Part shown: in pieces, positions 8,401 to 17,751 of the stretch
How positions within the stretch are numbered: position 1 is the stretch's first letter
How the letters are laid out: every line of letters starts with the position of its first letter
DNA from: an uncultured archaeon
Lineage (GTDB): Archaea > Iainarchaeota > Iainarchaeia > Iainarchaeales > 1-14-0-10-31-34
DNA length: 64,000 bases
Assembly: GCA_964608675.1 (NCBI GenBank)
Contig: CAZSOZ010000002.1
Span: 192,001 to 256,000 of the forward strand
Reading direction: 5' to 3'
The notes under the pieces: generated by a model
Databases searched by the model: none
What the model was told of the DNA's origin: nothing
Seen by the model: the letters and a program-made list of their open reading frames with translations, nothing else
Position numbers and translations under genes: made by a program

Positions 8401-9906
8401 TTCTTTGTAATCAATGAATTCCCCTGAATCAACAAGACATCTTCCAGCATTGTATTGTCCATTACAATTTTCTTGTGCTGTATGCCACCATACACCATAA
8501 GTACAATAAGTGTTGCCTGAATTGCATCCTATTTGTGTTGGATCAGGATCAGAAACTGAAATCGCTACTCCCCCTCTTCCATTGTCTGCAACAAAGCATT
8601 CATCTGATTCATCCTGTGGCGGACAATCTCCCATCCAATCAACACCAGCCTCTCCAAGCATTGTTTTTGTGATTGTAGGAGGAGTGTCATCTACTCTGTA
8701 AGTTTGTTCATAAGGTTCTTCAACAGTTCCATCTGAATTGCCTAATACATCAACACAATAATATTGTATTTTGTGCACTGATTCTTCATTGAAATAAACT
8801 TCTTTATGAACTTCAGAACCTGTTGTATCAGTCCATTCAGCCCATGTTCCACTTAAGTCGTCCCAAATTCTATAGTATAATGAAACATTGTTTACTGGAT
8901 GGTTTCCTGTATCAGTGCAGTCCAAATAAATTGGAATCTGGGTTGTAGTCCAATCAAATTCACCTAATTGCTCCTCATAATCTGAAATCATTCCTTCTCC
9001 ATGAGTTTTTTCAACCACTGGAGGAGTGTCATCCACATATACACACTGGTAGTTTAAAGGTTCTTCATTTCCTAATTGGTCAACTGCAAAAAATTCAATT
9101 ACATGGCATGACTCTTCTTCTTTGAAAAAAGTAACTGTCTCTGTATCAACAATTGTCCATCCTCCATCAGGAGAGTACTGTACATAATTGTCTGGATTAC
9201 ATGCTTGTTCTGTTACACAAATTGAATCATCTTCAACCACAAAATCTCTATAATGAAGCTCTTTTACACCAATAGCACAATTTTCTGCTCCATCAACTGC
9301 AGTTAAAGTTACATCTGAATCAAATGCTGCAATCCAATGAGGATAAGAAGCTCCTGTGTTAATTCCTTCAGGGAAATAAGGGGTTCCATAAACTTTTGTA
9401 GTGGTTGGAGGAGTATTATCTATTTTTGTAACATCTTCTAAATATACTATTGAACCGTCATTTGGAAAAGTTTCGTCTCTTGTTTCAAAATCCCAAAAAA
9501 ATTCGCAACCTGATGCTGGAGCAGTAGCTGAAAAATTAAAATCTGTGCTTTGTCCTGGCTGAATAACTGCACTGGCATCTGCAGCCACATACATACAGGC
9601 CTGCTTTGCAGAAATAAAATATAAATCCCATCCAGCTTTTGCCTCACAAGGCGGCACAGTATAAGTATAATCTTGATTCATGTAAATTCTAACTTCATCA
9701 ATATTTTCATCACTTCCAGCCAGATTATTAAATGTAGCAGTATAATTATTCAAGCTGTTAGGCACAGTCCATTCAGGCTGTAAGTCTACAGTAGAATTGT
9801 GAATTGCAGAAACAAGACCTGCGAATAAAATTAGTGATAAAAATAAAATAAAAAATTTTCCTCCAAAAACAAATAAAGAATTTCCTTTAAAATTTAGCCA
9901 AGACAT
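5413..9906 (-). CDS. Large (1497 aa) acidic, Cys-rich cell-surface protein with repeated Ig-like modules
   Basis: Signal peptide; repeated VD-x-TPP, EES-C-H-x-I-E-(F/Y) and D-x-LGN motifs; C-terminal WNLI...PG-x-GYW repeats. Confidence 0.8.
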   Translation of the reverse strand: MSWLNFKGNSLFVFGGKFFILFLSLILFAGLVSAIHNSTVDLQPEWTVPNSLNNYTATFNNLAGSDENIDEVRIYMNQDYTYTVPPCEAKAGWDLYFISAKQACMYVAADASAVIQPGQSTDFNFSATAPASGCEFFWDFETRDETFPNDGSIVYLEDVTKIDNTPPTTTKVYGTPYFPEGINTGASYPHWIAAFDSDVTLTAVDGAENCAIGVKELHYRDFVVEDDSICVTEQACNPDNYVQYSPDGGWTIVDTETVTFFKEEESCHVIEFFAVDQLGNEEPLNYQCVYVDDTPPVVEKTHGEGMISDYEEQLGEFDWTTTQIPIYLDCTDTGNHPVNNVSLYYRIWDDLSGTWAEWTDTTGSEVHKEVYFNEESVHKIQYYCVDVLGNSDGTVEEPYEQTYRVDDTPPTITKTMLGEAGVDWMGDCPPQDESDECFVADNGRGGVAISVSDPDPTQIGCNSGNTYCTYGVWWHTAQENCNGQYNAGRCLVDSGEFIDYKEIIFAEDSTHDLYVFCWDALENKSSDVETFLVDSTPPVTTKTYGIPAYPANINDGGAYPHFITSQTSIDFSAEDNKVGVNKTFWRYSVVEDIWCESEASGCQNYEGVLPDFIEYTDTVSLPEESCHIIEFYSVDKLGNTEETNRQCVFVDNTEPLIDKTVGDPKIECIEDPLNCDYYITQQTPITLTCADQTPHPVDIVSTEYRYRISNDCLEWSEWTDWTTSEGEQVRIFFEEDSCHELEYKCEDILGNSTITFSEIDVVDTVGPDIETEIVGPQIELACNQTESYYEMCEGWSCLGEGEKDFFTTGRSDTTNWDVAIWNGNPEQVESSGEFAWINEGEPVPFEVNYDPTTGLVSYNVNGTELTWIYDSEKAFEYLVLFVKGGTEKGDVLLSDVYVNGMEIGDIYSSEAYKGARVYLSDADQINGFTATGFVSMTWFEGHPQEIPAFHVFAMNTHEPTETTCMYIDGITEIEVITVDPEPHPVNDVECEWSYTLDENETVYGPFDVFPINFPEECKHNLTITCKDALGNETTKEETYYVDKTPPETTKEYGVPFYEEDGKEWITSNTPITLTAEDIGPHKTGIAETHFRITQVNNNYCDPENEEFVCGNAEGTGAWMTYFEAFSVSEQSCHLIEYYSVDNVNKTETTKKQCVYVDNTPPEPNKLVGEPKSPWNGMDSAYYDLEEFCLTPGNCWKVTLLTPVSLDCTDPEPHPVNHSSAYFYLELDGSTEFFEGDYEGQNITEVYCEFYEGDYNSNGDGFCDLGMDETEFFFLEESEHNLQYYCVDALGNAGEIDDEKFKVEGTKFEIELNKKWNLISVPFSLIDDSIETVFESVADNVESVWTYDAFADEWHAFYPGSPATDLTEILPGWGYWVRAYEADTMILGGSLFSPATTPSDKQLAQGWNLIGHFGTQGEEVYDGPNLLGEGRPAYCALYSLGSTFMDKGWTSLLTYWEADNPYQWKELMYESYMNPGAGYWIFTPEEELYAYTTNCGGY

Positions 9907-10075
9907 ATAAATAATCCCCCCAAAACGAAAAAAATTAATTTTTCCATAACTATTAATCAGTAGTTCTTTAAATACATTAAGTTTTAGTCAAAAAATTATG
10001 TAGAGAAAAATGTTTTGTTGTCACTAAAAAGTTTAAAAAGATTATTTAATAGATTTTGCTTTTGAGAGGAAACAA

Positions 10076-10345
10076 ATGAATAAAGTGAATGAAATTTTTC
10101 ATGCAAAACTTTCTCCTTTACAAAAAAAAATTTTATTAGAGTTAAATGAAAAGCCTTTGACTTTAAATGAATTAAGCGAAAAAACTAATTCAAGTGTTTA
10201 TACAATAGGAAAACAATTGTCTGTTCTGCAGTGCAGAACTAAATGCAATTGCCTCAAAAAAAAAGGAATTGAATTTCCTTTAGTGAAAAAAATAAAGGAA
10301 GAAGGAATAAAAACAACTTATTTATTGAACGAAAAAAAAAATTAA
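10076..10345 (+). CDS. Small winged-HTH regulator
   Basis: LSPLQKKILLEL...TLNELSEK...TIGKQLSVL HTH pattern; divergent from the surface-protein gene; GAGG upstream. Confidence 0.65.
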   Translation: MNKVNEIFHAKLSPLQKKILLELNEKPLTLNELSEKTNSSVYTIGKQLSVLQCRTKCNCLKKKGIEFPLVKKIKEEGIKTTYLLNEKKN

Positions 10346-10651
10346 CTGTTAAATTTTTTTTTGCCAGCTTTAATACAGCTTCTTCTTGTTTTCTCCATCT
10401 AAATATTTCCGTTAATTGTTTTGCTCAAGCATCAACAAAAGAAGGCAAAACATTAAAATGAGAAGAAATTATTTTTGTTGCTTTTTCTTTTTTCTTGCAG
10501 TTCATTAATTGTCTGAAAACTTCATGGAAGTTTTCTGTATCCAAAAGAAATGCCTGCAAAAAAGGCTTGCTTTTTTGAATTTTTCTTTTATTGCCTGCCA
10601 TGCATTGAAAACAAAAATGAAAAGTTAAATGATAAACAAAAAGAAATTGAT

Positions 10652-11524
10652 TTAAATAAGTTTTAACAACTGTTTTTTTGCTTGAAGAAAAGAAATTTTT
10701 TTGTTTTCAAATTGTTTAAGAGTTTTGTTTATTTCTTTTAGATTACTTAAAAGAAAAAAATTTAAGGAGATTTTTTCAAGAAAATTCAGATTGTTTTTTT
10801 CGGCAATCAATTCAGCAAAAAGATTTGTTGCTTGAGCTGAATTAATTAAATTATGCTTTAATCTCAAAAGAAAATCAATTGTTCTTACTTGAAATTTCTT
10901 AGAGTAATACAATGAAGTTTTATGCACTCTAAAAGAATACAAGGGTTCATTCAAATGATGTAAAAAAAATTTTTTTGAAACTCTAATCCAGTAATCAAAG
11001 TCTTCAGCCAAAATTGCTTCTTCATCGTATTCTCCTGTTTCTTGTTTAACTTTTTTTGAATACAAAAAACAGCCTCCAACTGAATTGCCTTTGCTTAAAT
11101 CAGGGTTATCCGAATACTTTACTATTCCATGAGAGTTCTTTTCAGTGTCAATCAAGAATAAATCAGTGAAAACAAAATCAAAGTTGTTTTCTTTCAGGAA
11201 AGAAACCATTTTTTTTATTGCATTAAGTGAATAAAAGTTGTCGTCTGAAGTCCAGCTCAAATAATCTCCTTTTGCATTAGAAAAACCTGAATTTAATGCG
11301 GTTGGCAATCCAAAATTTTTTTTGTGTTTAAATGATTTGATTCTCTTGTCTTTGAATTCATTTATGATTTGCTGGGTGTTGTCAGTTGAACCGTCATCAA
11401 CTATAATTAATTCAATGTTTTTATGGGTTTGATTTAAGCAGGATTCAATGGACTGCTTTAAGTAATCAGAGTATTTTGCCCTGTTGTAGGTAGGCAAAAC
11501 AATGCTGACTTTTTCTTTATTCAT
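10652..11524 (-). CDS. Glycosyltransferase family 2
   Basis: VSIVLPTYN, ELIIVDDGSTD, WTSDD and EDFDYW motifs. Confidence 0.93.
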   Translation of the reverse strand: MNKEKVSIVLPTYNRAKYSDYLKQSIESCLNQTHKNIELIIVDDGSTDNTQQIINEFKDKRIKSFKHKKNFGLPTALNSGFSNAKGDYLSWTSDDNFYSLNAIKKMVSFLKENNFDFVFTDLFLIDTEKNSHGIVKYSDNPDLSKGNSVGGCFLYSKKVKQETGEYDEEAILAEDFDYWIRVSKKFFLHHLNEPLYSFRVHKTSLYYSKKFQVRTIDFLLRLKHNLINSAQATNLFAELIAEKNNLNFLEKISLNFFLLSNLKEINKTLKQFENKKISFLQAKKQLLKLI

Positions 11525-12617
11525 TTTTTATCTCCTTAAAACAGTCAAAGATTTTTTTTGATGCAGTTCCATTTCCAAAAGGGTTTTCAGCTGAAGCCAT
11601 TTTATTGTAAAGTTCTTTGTTTTCAAAAAGTTTTTTTGTTTCTTTCACTATTTTTTGTGTTTCAACTCCGACAAGTTTTGCTGCTCCTGTAATAACTGCT
11701 TCAGACCTTTCAGTTTTTTTCCTTAAAACCAGAACCGGCTTATTTAAGAAAGGAGCTTCTTCTTGTAAGCCTCCTGAATCAGTCAACAAAATAAAAGATT
11801 TTTTCATTAAATGAACAAAAGTTTTGTAATCCAATGGTTTTGTTAGCAAAACATTTTTTTTGTTTGACAAAATTGAATTTACTTTTTTTCTTACATTTGG
11901 ATTTAAGTGAACAGGAAAAACAATAAATGAATTCTCAAACTCAGAGATTTCTTTTATTGCATTGAAAATTTTTTCTAATGGTTTTCCAAAGCTTTCTCTT
12001 CTATGGCAGGTAACCAAAACAATTCTTTTATTTTTTGGGAGTTCATCAAAAAAAGTTTTTTTTAAAAAAGGTTGTTCAATTATCCAGAGAAGAGCATCAA
12101 TTATCGTGTTTCCGGTTACAATGATTTTTTCTTTTTTAATTCCTTCATTTAATAGGTTTTGCTTTGATTCTTTTGTTGGAGCAAAAAATAAATCTGAAAC
12201 AACATCAATTATTCTTCTATTAATTTCTTCTGGAAAAGGCTGAAGCTTATTATAAGTTCTTAATCCTGCTTCAATATGAGCTATTTTAATTTTTTTGTAG
12301 TACGCTGCTAAACTTGAAGCCATTGCAGTTGTAGTGTCTCCCTGCACTATTAAATAATCAGGTTTTTCTTTTTCTAAAATTTCTGAAAGCTGAATTAAAA
12401 CTGTTTTAGTTATATGTTCTAAAGACTGGTTTTCTTTCATTAAATTTAAATTGTAGTCAGGTTTGATTTGAAAAAGTTCAAGGAAAGGTTCAGCCATTTC
12501 TTTATGCTGGCCTGTTAAACAAATTTTTATTTCAAAATCTGAATTCTTAAATTCTTTGATTACTGGAAAAAGTTTTATTAACTCTGGGCGAGTTCCAAAA
12601 ACAAAAAATAATTTCAT
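11517..12617 (-). CDS. wecB: UDP-N-acetylglucosamine 2-epimerase (non-hydrolysing)
   Basis: FGTRPE, TGQH, QGDTTT, HIEAGLR, PFPEE, HRRE, TDSGGLQEEA, NPFGNG. Confidence 0.95.
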   Translation of the reverse strand: MKLFFVFGTRPELIKLFPVIKEFKNSDFEIKICLTGQHKEMAEPFLELFQIKPDYNLNLMKENQSLEHITKTVLIQLSEILEKEKPDYLIVQGDTTTAMASSLAAYYKKIKIAHIEAGLRTYNKLQPFPEEINRRIIDVVSDLFFAPTKESKQNLLNEGIKKEKIIVTGNTIIDALLWIIEQPFLKKTFFDELPKNKRIVLVTCHRRESFGKPLEKIFNAIKEISEFENSFIVFPVHLNPNVRKKVNSILSNKKNVLLTKPLDYKTFVHLMKKSFILLTDSGGLQEEAPFLNKPVLVLRKKTERSEAVITGAAKLVGVETQKIVKETKKLFENKELYNKMASAENPFGNGTASKKIFDCFKEIKNE

Positions 12618-12837
12618 AATTAATTTATATTAAAATAGTTTTTTATAGTTTTTATCTTAAAGCAAGCAAAAAAAAAGCAAACTAATTTATTTTTTGGAGT
12701 GATAATTTTTTTGATGAAAATCAAAAAAAAATTTGGAGAACCCTGAATTGCGTTTAGCCAAAAAAAATAGGCGTGTGCCCAAAAAAAAATTTTTTTCCTT
12801 CAAAAAAAGTAATTTTGTCTTTCAGGCACTTGAATTT

Positions 12838-14466
12838 TTATTCACTGTATTTTTCTTTTATTTCCTTTATTTTTTTGTCCTGCATTTTTTCTGCTTCAAG
12901 TCTTTCTAATTTGTATTCCTTAAAGTCAACAAACTTTAATTGTTCAGTTAAAAGAGGATGCACTCTTTTTATTTCAGAAGCAATTTTTTGTGCGATTCTC
13001 CTGTAATCTGGATGGCCGTGCATTGTACTTCTTAATTCAGTTAAATGAAATGCTTCCCTTAAATTTAATTTCATGTACCATCTGATTTTGTATCCAAAAG
13101 GAACACAGTATTGAGCGCTCCAAGAATTTTTTGCTTCAATTCTTTCAAACAATTCTTTTGCGTTCTTCATCAAAGAAGTGAAGTCTTCTGTTAAAGCAAT
13201 TGAATCAAATTCAATTGGAGTAATAAAACCATGATGAGTTGACAATAACTGTCTTTCTTGTGTAAGAATTCTGTGCCTGTGCAAATCTCTGAAAATTCCA
13301 AAGTTGCCAAGCAAATCAAAAGTATAAAAAACGTTTTCAAAGGCTCTTCCAGGTTTATGCCTTCTGTTTGTCCTTAACTTTGAATAAGAATTAATTAATT
13401 CTTTTTTTTGTTCTTCACTTAAATTTTTTATTTTTTCTTTTATTTGAGTTAAAGAAAGATGTGAATTAGAATAAAGAACTGCAGAAAGCACTTTGTTTTC
13501 TGCATCAGAATCAAAATCAACTAAAACAACTTCTTGTAAATCAACAGGTTTTTCTTTTTCCAGGATTTCTTTTGTTAAATTATTGGTTTTTTTTCTTGTC
13601 CTGCTTAAAAATTCGGTTTGCTGTACTCCATATTCAGAGAAAGCTCTTTTAACAAAAGAAGGAATATAAAAAGTTAATTCTGAATGCAATTTTTGTGCAA
13701 TACTCTGTGTTTCCTGCAGAGAATAACTGTTTAGTTTTTGAATTAAGTATTCAAATGCACGTCCGTTTCCATACAAGCCGGTGTTAGTTAAAGTTGAAGC
13801 AGGCAGAAACACTCTTAAAACATCACAAGCTTTTGCTTTAACTGTTGAATTGTATGCACGGTCAGAAACTCCTTCTTCCTGAGGATTTTGTTCTTCAATA
13901 AATTTTTTCATTTCAGGAATTTTTTTAGAATAAACAGAAAACAATTCATCACACAATTCAACGTAAGAATCAGCAAACTCTGATTCCATTAATTCTTTTG
14001 GACGAAAATAAAAATAGTTTCCGTTTTCGTTTTTTTCATCAAAATAAATGTATCTAGTTGATTTTTCTAAAGGAGAAATTCCTAAACGGGAATCCTGAAT
14101 TAATTTAACTGCAATATTACTTACTTGTTCTGCTGCAACATGAGCTCCACCTAATTCTGCTACACTGTCATCTCCATAACCCAACAAAATTCTGTCATAA
14201 AATTCTTCTGCTTTTTTTATGGCTACTGCCTGTTCAATTCCTTTTCCTGTCTGATACCCAACAATTTCCTTAAAGCCGGTTTTTTCGTTTTCAATGAATT
14301 CATCTAAAAGAAGCTGTCTTAAAGGTTTAGGCGAACGTGAATAACGGGAAAATAATGCTCCCATTACTACTTCCGGAAGATTTTTTAATACAAAAATATT
14401 GTTTTTTGTACTGGAAACAAAAGCAGACAAAATTTTTTTTTGTTCTTCAGAAAAATTTTCTTGCAT
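12838..14466 (-). CDS. thyX: FAD-dependent thymidylate synthase, long two-domain form
   Basis: ALFSRYSRS, GYGDDSVAELG, LEKSTRY, RDLHRHR, NLRE and ELRS..GHPDYR motifs. Confidence 0.88.
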   Translation of the reverse strand: MQENFSEEQKKILSAFVSSTKNNIFVLKNLPEVVMGALFSRYSRSPKPLRQLLLDEFIENEKTGFKEIVGYQTGKGIEQAVAIKKAEEFYDRILLGYGDDSVAELGGAHVAAEQVSNIAVKLIQDSRLGISPLEKSTRYIYFDEKNENGNYFYFRPKELMESEFADSYVELCDELFSVYSKKIPEMKKFIEEQNPQEEGVSDRAYNSTVKAKACDVLRVFLPASTLTNTGLYGNGRAFEYLIQKLNSYSLQETQSIAQKLHSELTFYIPSFVKRAFSEYGVQQTEFLSRTRKKTNNLTKEILEKEKPVDLQEVVLVDFDSDAENKVLSAVLYSNSHLSLTQIKEKIKNLSEEQKKELINSYSKLRTNRRHKPGRAFENVFYTFDLLGNFGIFRDLHRHRILTQERQLLSTHHGFITPIEFDSIALTEDFTSLMKNAKELFERIEAKNSWSAQYCVPFGYKIRWYMKLNLREAFHLTELRSTMHGHPDYRRIAQKIASEIKRVHPLLTEQLKFVDFKEYKLERLEAEKMQDKKIKEIKEKYSE

Positions 14467-14557
14467 AATTCTGTTAAGAAAAGAATTCTTTTAAAGCAAT
14501 ACTTATTAGGAAAACCTAAAAAAAAGTATAAATACTTTTCCTTACCTTATTTTTTAG

Positions 14558-14998
14558 ATGAAAACAGAAATACAGGACATAGAATTAAAAGAAATAGCTC
14601 ATGAAAAATCAAAAGAAAACGAAGAAATGTACTTGAAAGTAATTTATATTTTAGAAGAAAAAGGAGTAAAACCTGTTTGTTCCAGTCATGTCGCAAAATC
14701 ACTGAAAATTGCTTTGCCTTCTGTCGTAGAAATGCTTGGAAAACTAGACAAAAAAAACTTAATTAAATACGATGGAAGAAAAGGAATAACCTTTAAACCT
14801 AAAGGAAAAAAAACTGCAAAAAAAATTGTAAGAAATTTAAGGCTGGCAGAACTTTTATTGACTGACATACTTAAAATGAAAGAAACAAAATATGCATGCA
14901 AATTTGAGCACTGCATGCCGGAAGAAATAATAAAAGCAGTAAACAAAAAATTAAATAACCCAAAAAAATGTCCTCATGGAAAAAAAATTCCAAAATAA
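14558..14998 (+). CDS. DtxR/MntR-family metal-dependent regulator
   Basis: EMYLKVIY, SVVEMLGKL, RLAELLL, ACKFEH, CPHGKKIP. Confidence 0.92.
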   Translation: MKTEIQDIELKEIAHEKSKENEEMYLKVIYILEEKGVKPVCSSHVAKSLKIALPSVVEMLGKLDKKNLIKYDGRKGITFKPKGKKTAKKIVRNLRLAELLLTDILKMKETKYACKFEHCMPEEIIKAVNKKLNNPKKCPHGKKIPK

Positions 14999-15036
14999 TC
15001 CAAAAAAAAACTGATTTTATTCAAAAAAGTGATTTT

Positions 15037-16206
15037 ATGCCTGCAAAAAAAACTAAAAAAAATGAAATGCTGTCAAAAGAAAACAAAAACGAACTTAAAA
15101 AACAGCAATACAAAATTTTTTCGCAAAAAAGTTTGATCAAAAAAGGAACTCTTGCGAGTTCAAAAAAAAAAGATTTGATGTTAACAAAAGAAGCAAGAGC
15201 AGAATTAGAAAAACAGCAGTACAGGATTATTGGAAGCCATTCAGCTGTAAAAGTATGTGGATGGACAAAACAAATGCTGAGAGGAAAAGGAACCTGCTAT
15301 AAACACAAATTTTACGGCATTAAAAGCAATCAATGCCTGCAGATGACTACTTCATTAAGTTGCGCTAACAGATGTTTGTTTTGCTGGAGAGGATACAAAG
15401 CTCCTGTTTCAAAGGAATGGAAATGGCAAATAGACGAACCGGAATTTATTTTAGAAGAAAGTTTGGAAGAACAAAAAAAACTGTTGTCAGGTTTTAAGGG
15501 ATTCAAAGACGTAAAAATAAATTTATGGAATGAAAGCAATACAGTAAAACATGTTGCATTAAGCTTGAATGGAGAACCAATAATTTACCCAAAAATAAAT
15601 GAATTAATTGATTTAATGCATTCAAAAAAAATCTCAACTTTTTTGGTGACAAACGCGCAATACCCTGAACAAATAAAAAAATTAAAGCCAATCACTCAAT
15701 TATATATTAGCTTGGATGCACCAAACAAAAAACTCTTAAAAAAAATTGGCTTGCCTTTGTTTTCAGATTACTGGCAAAAGTTGAACAAAAGCCTGAAAGA
15801 ATTAAAGAAAAAAAAACAAAGAACTGCAATAAGAATTACTTTAATTAAAGGATTAAATGACGTTGAACCAGAAAATTACGCTGAATTAATAAAAAAAGCT
15901 GAACCTGATTTCATCGAAGTGAAAGCTTACATGTTTTTAGGGGAAAGCCGGAAAAGACTAAAAGAAGAAAACATGCCTTTGCATTCAGAAGTAAAAAAGT
16001 TTGCAGAAAAAATAAATGATTTTTTGGAGGAGTATGAAATTGCATCAGAACAAAAATCTTCAAGAGTAGTTTTGCTGGCAAAAAAATCCTTTAAAAAAAA
16101 AGGCAGATGGTTTACTTGGATTGATTTTGACAAGTTTTTTGAATTGATTTCAAAAAAGAAAAAATTTGAATCAAAAGAATATTTAAAAGAAATGAAAAAA
16201 GTTTAG
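15037..16206 (+). CDS. taw1: 4-demethylwyosine synthase Taw1/TYW1 (radical SAM); start ambiguous (15037, 15067 or 15178)
   Basis: HSAVKVCGW, CYKHKFYGI, CLQMT, CANRCLFCWR, HVALSLNGEP, FIEVKAY. Confidence 0.92.
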   Translation: MPAKKTKKNEMLSKENKNELKKQQYKIFSQKSLIKKGTLASSKKKDLMLTKEARAELEKQQYRIIGSHSAVKVCGWTKQMLRGKGTCYKHKFYGIKSNQCLQMTTSLSCANRCLFCWRGYKAPVSKEWKWQIDEPEFILEESLEEQKKLLSGFKGFKDVKINLWNESNTVKHVALSLNGEPIIYPKINELIDLMHSKKISTFLVTNAQYPEQIKKLKPITQLYISLDAPNKKLLKKIGLPLFSDYWQKLNKSLKELKKKKQRTAIRITLIKGLNDVEPENYAELIKKAEPDFIEVKAYMFLGESRKRLKEENMPLHSEVKKFAEKINDFLEEYEIASEQKSSRVVLLAKKSFKKKGRWFTWIDFDKFFELISKKKKFESKEYLKEMKKV

Positions 16207-17483
16207 CTTATTTTTTTTCCATTTAAATGAAAAGTTTTTGCATCAGTTATTTTTGCTTTAACTGTTTTTCCTAAAAGAATTTTTTCTTCAAACAAAACCT
16301 GCTTGTAGGAAAGGTTTCTTCCAATGCTTTGATTTGATTTTTTTCCTTTTTCGTCAATTAAGACTGAACAGATTTTGCCAATCCACTTTTTGTTGTTTTT
16401 TAAAGAAATTTCTTCAAACAAATTAGTTAGTTTCCTGGAACGGGATTTAATTTCGCTTCCAGTTAACTGAAACATTTTTGAAGCCAAAGTATTAGGGCGG
16501 GACTGAAAACGAGAAATATTCAAGACTTCAGGTTTAGTTTCTTTTACTAAATCAAGTGAATCCTGAAACTGTTTTTTTGTTTCAGTTGGAAAGCCCACTA
16601 TGATATCAGTAGCAATAGTCATTTCAGGAAATTCTTTTTTGAATTCTTTAATAATTTTTTTGTAGCCTTCAACAGAATATCTTCGATTCATTTTTTTAAG
16701 TATTTCATTGTTTCCTGATTGAACTGGAACATGCAGAAACTTAAACACTTTTTTGTTTTTGAATGACTGAATTAATTCAGAAAGGCTTTCAAGAATGTAA
16801 GTAGGATTGGTCATTCCAATTCTAATTAAAAAATTTCCTTCAAGCAAAGTGATTTTATTAATTAAGTCCGGCAGTTTTGATTTGCCGTTTTCTGTTCCAT
16901 AAGCCCCATTATCCTGAGAAGTAACCCAAATTTCCTTGCAGCCGTCATCCAACGCAGTCTTCACTTCTTCAAGGATTTGTTTTTCCGGAAAAGAAACCAA
17001 AGAACCTTTAATTAATTTAGTTGAACAATAAGAGCAAAAATCATTGCATCCTGAAAGAATTGGAATTATTCCTACAATTTTGTTGATTCTTTTTTTAGGG
17101 TAATTTAATTTAATTTTTTTTTTAAAAGAAATAAAATTTTTTTCTTTTTTTATTGCATCAAAAATGTGTTCAATGTTATGAGTATTAACTACAAGAATTT
17201 TTTCATTGATTAACTTAATTTGTTTAATTGTTTCTTTTGGAACACAACCAGCAACAACAATTCTTTTTTTTGGGTTTTTTTTCAGTAATTTTTTAATTGA
17301 ATTCAGGCAGTGGTTGACTGAAGGGCCTTTAACTGAACACATATTGAACACAATTATGTCAGCTGAATCAAATTCATTTGATTCTTCTGCTTTAAAGCCT
17401 TCTTTAATTAAAATGCCTGCCATGGCCTCTGATTCAGAGAAATTATTGCTGCAACCGTAAGTTTTAAAGACAACCTTTTGCAT
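16203..17483 (-). CDS. tRNA t6A37 methylthiotransferase (archaeal MtaB/CDKAL1-like)
   Basis: TYGCSNN UPF0004 domain, GCNDFCSYC, HVPVQSG, TDIIVGFP, C-terminal TRAM. Confidence 0.9.
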   Translation of the reverse strand: MQKVVFKTYGCSNNFSESEAMAGILIKEGFKAEESNEFDSADIIVFNMCSVKGPSVNHCLNSIKKLLKKNPKKRIVVAGCVPKETIKQIKLINEKILVVNTHNIEHIFDAIKKEKNFISFKKKIKLNYPKKRINKIVGIIPILSGCNDFCSYCSTKLIKGSLVSFPEKQILEEVKTALDDGCKEIWVTSQDNGAYGTENGKSKLPDLINKITLLEGNFLIRIGMTNPTYILESLSELIQSFKNKKVFKFLHVPVQSGNNEILKKMNRRYSVEGYKKIIKEFKKEFPEMTIATDIIVGFPTETKKQFQDSLDLVKETKPEVLNISRFQSRPNTLASKMFQLTGSEIKSRSRKLTNLFEEISLKNNKKWIGKICSVLIDEKGKKSNQSIGRNLSYKQVLFEEKILLGKTVKAKITDAKTFHLNGKKIS

Positions 17484-17525
17484 TAAAAAAGTTTGGCAAA
17501 AAAAGTTTTTATAGAGGTGTTAAAT

Positions 17526-17747
17526 TTGACTGAATTAATTACAAGAAAAACAAATATCAGTGAACTTGTAAAAAAGTATCCTGAAGTAATCCCTGTTTTG
17601 TTTGAAAAAGGAATTCACTGTGTGGGGTGCCAGGCAGCAGCATTTGAAAACCTTGAACAAGGATTAAAAGCACATGGATTAACAGAAGAAGAAATACAAA
17701 AAACAATAGATGAATTAAATGCAAAAGCAGAAGAAAAAGAAAAGTGA
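17526..17747 (+). CDS. DUF1858 / hybrid-cluster-associated redox disulfide domain protein
   Basis: ISELVKKYPE, GIHCVGC, ENLEQGLKAHG; TTG start after GAGGTG. Confidence 0.88.
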   Translation: MTELITRKTNISELVKKYPEVIPVLFEKGIHCVGCQAAAFENLEQGLKAHGLTEEEIQKTIDELNAKAEEKEK

Positions 17748-17751
17748 TAAA

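Noticed and set aside
10346-10651. Possible pseudogene on the minus strand (FLLDTENFHEVFRQL...*AKQLTEIFRW)
   Set aside because: Coding-like but interrupted, and I cannot assign it to any family
12618-12837. TGATGA...CTGA as another C/D sRNA
   Set aside because: Spacing too long, poly-A interior, no C'/D' boxes or terminal stem
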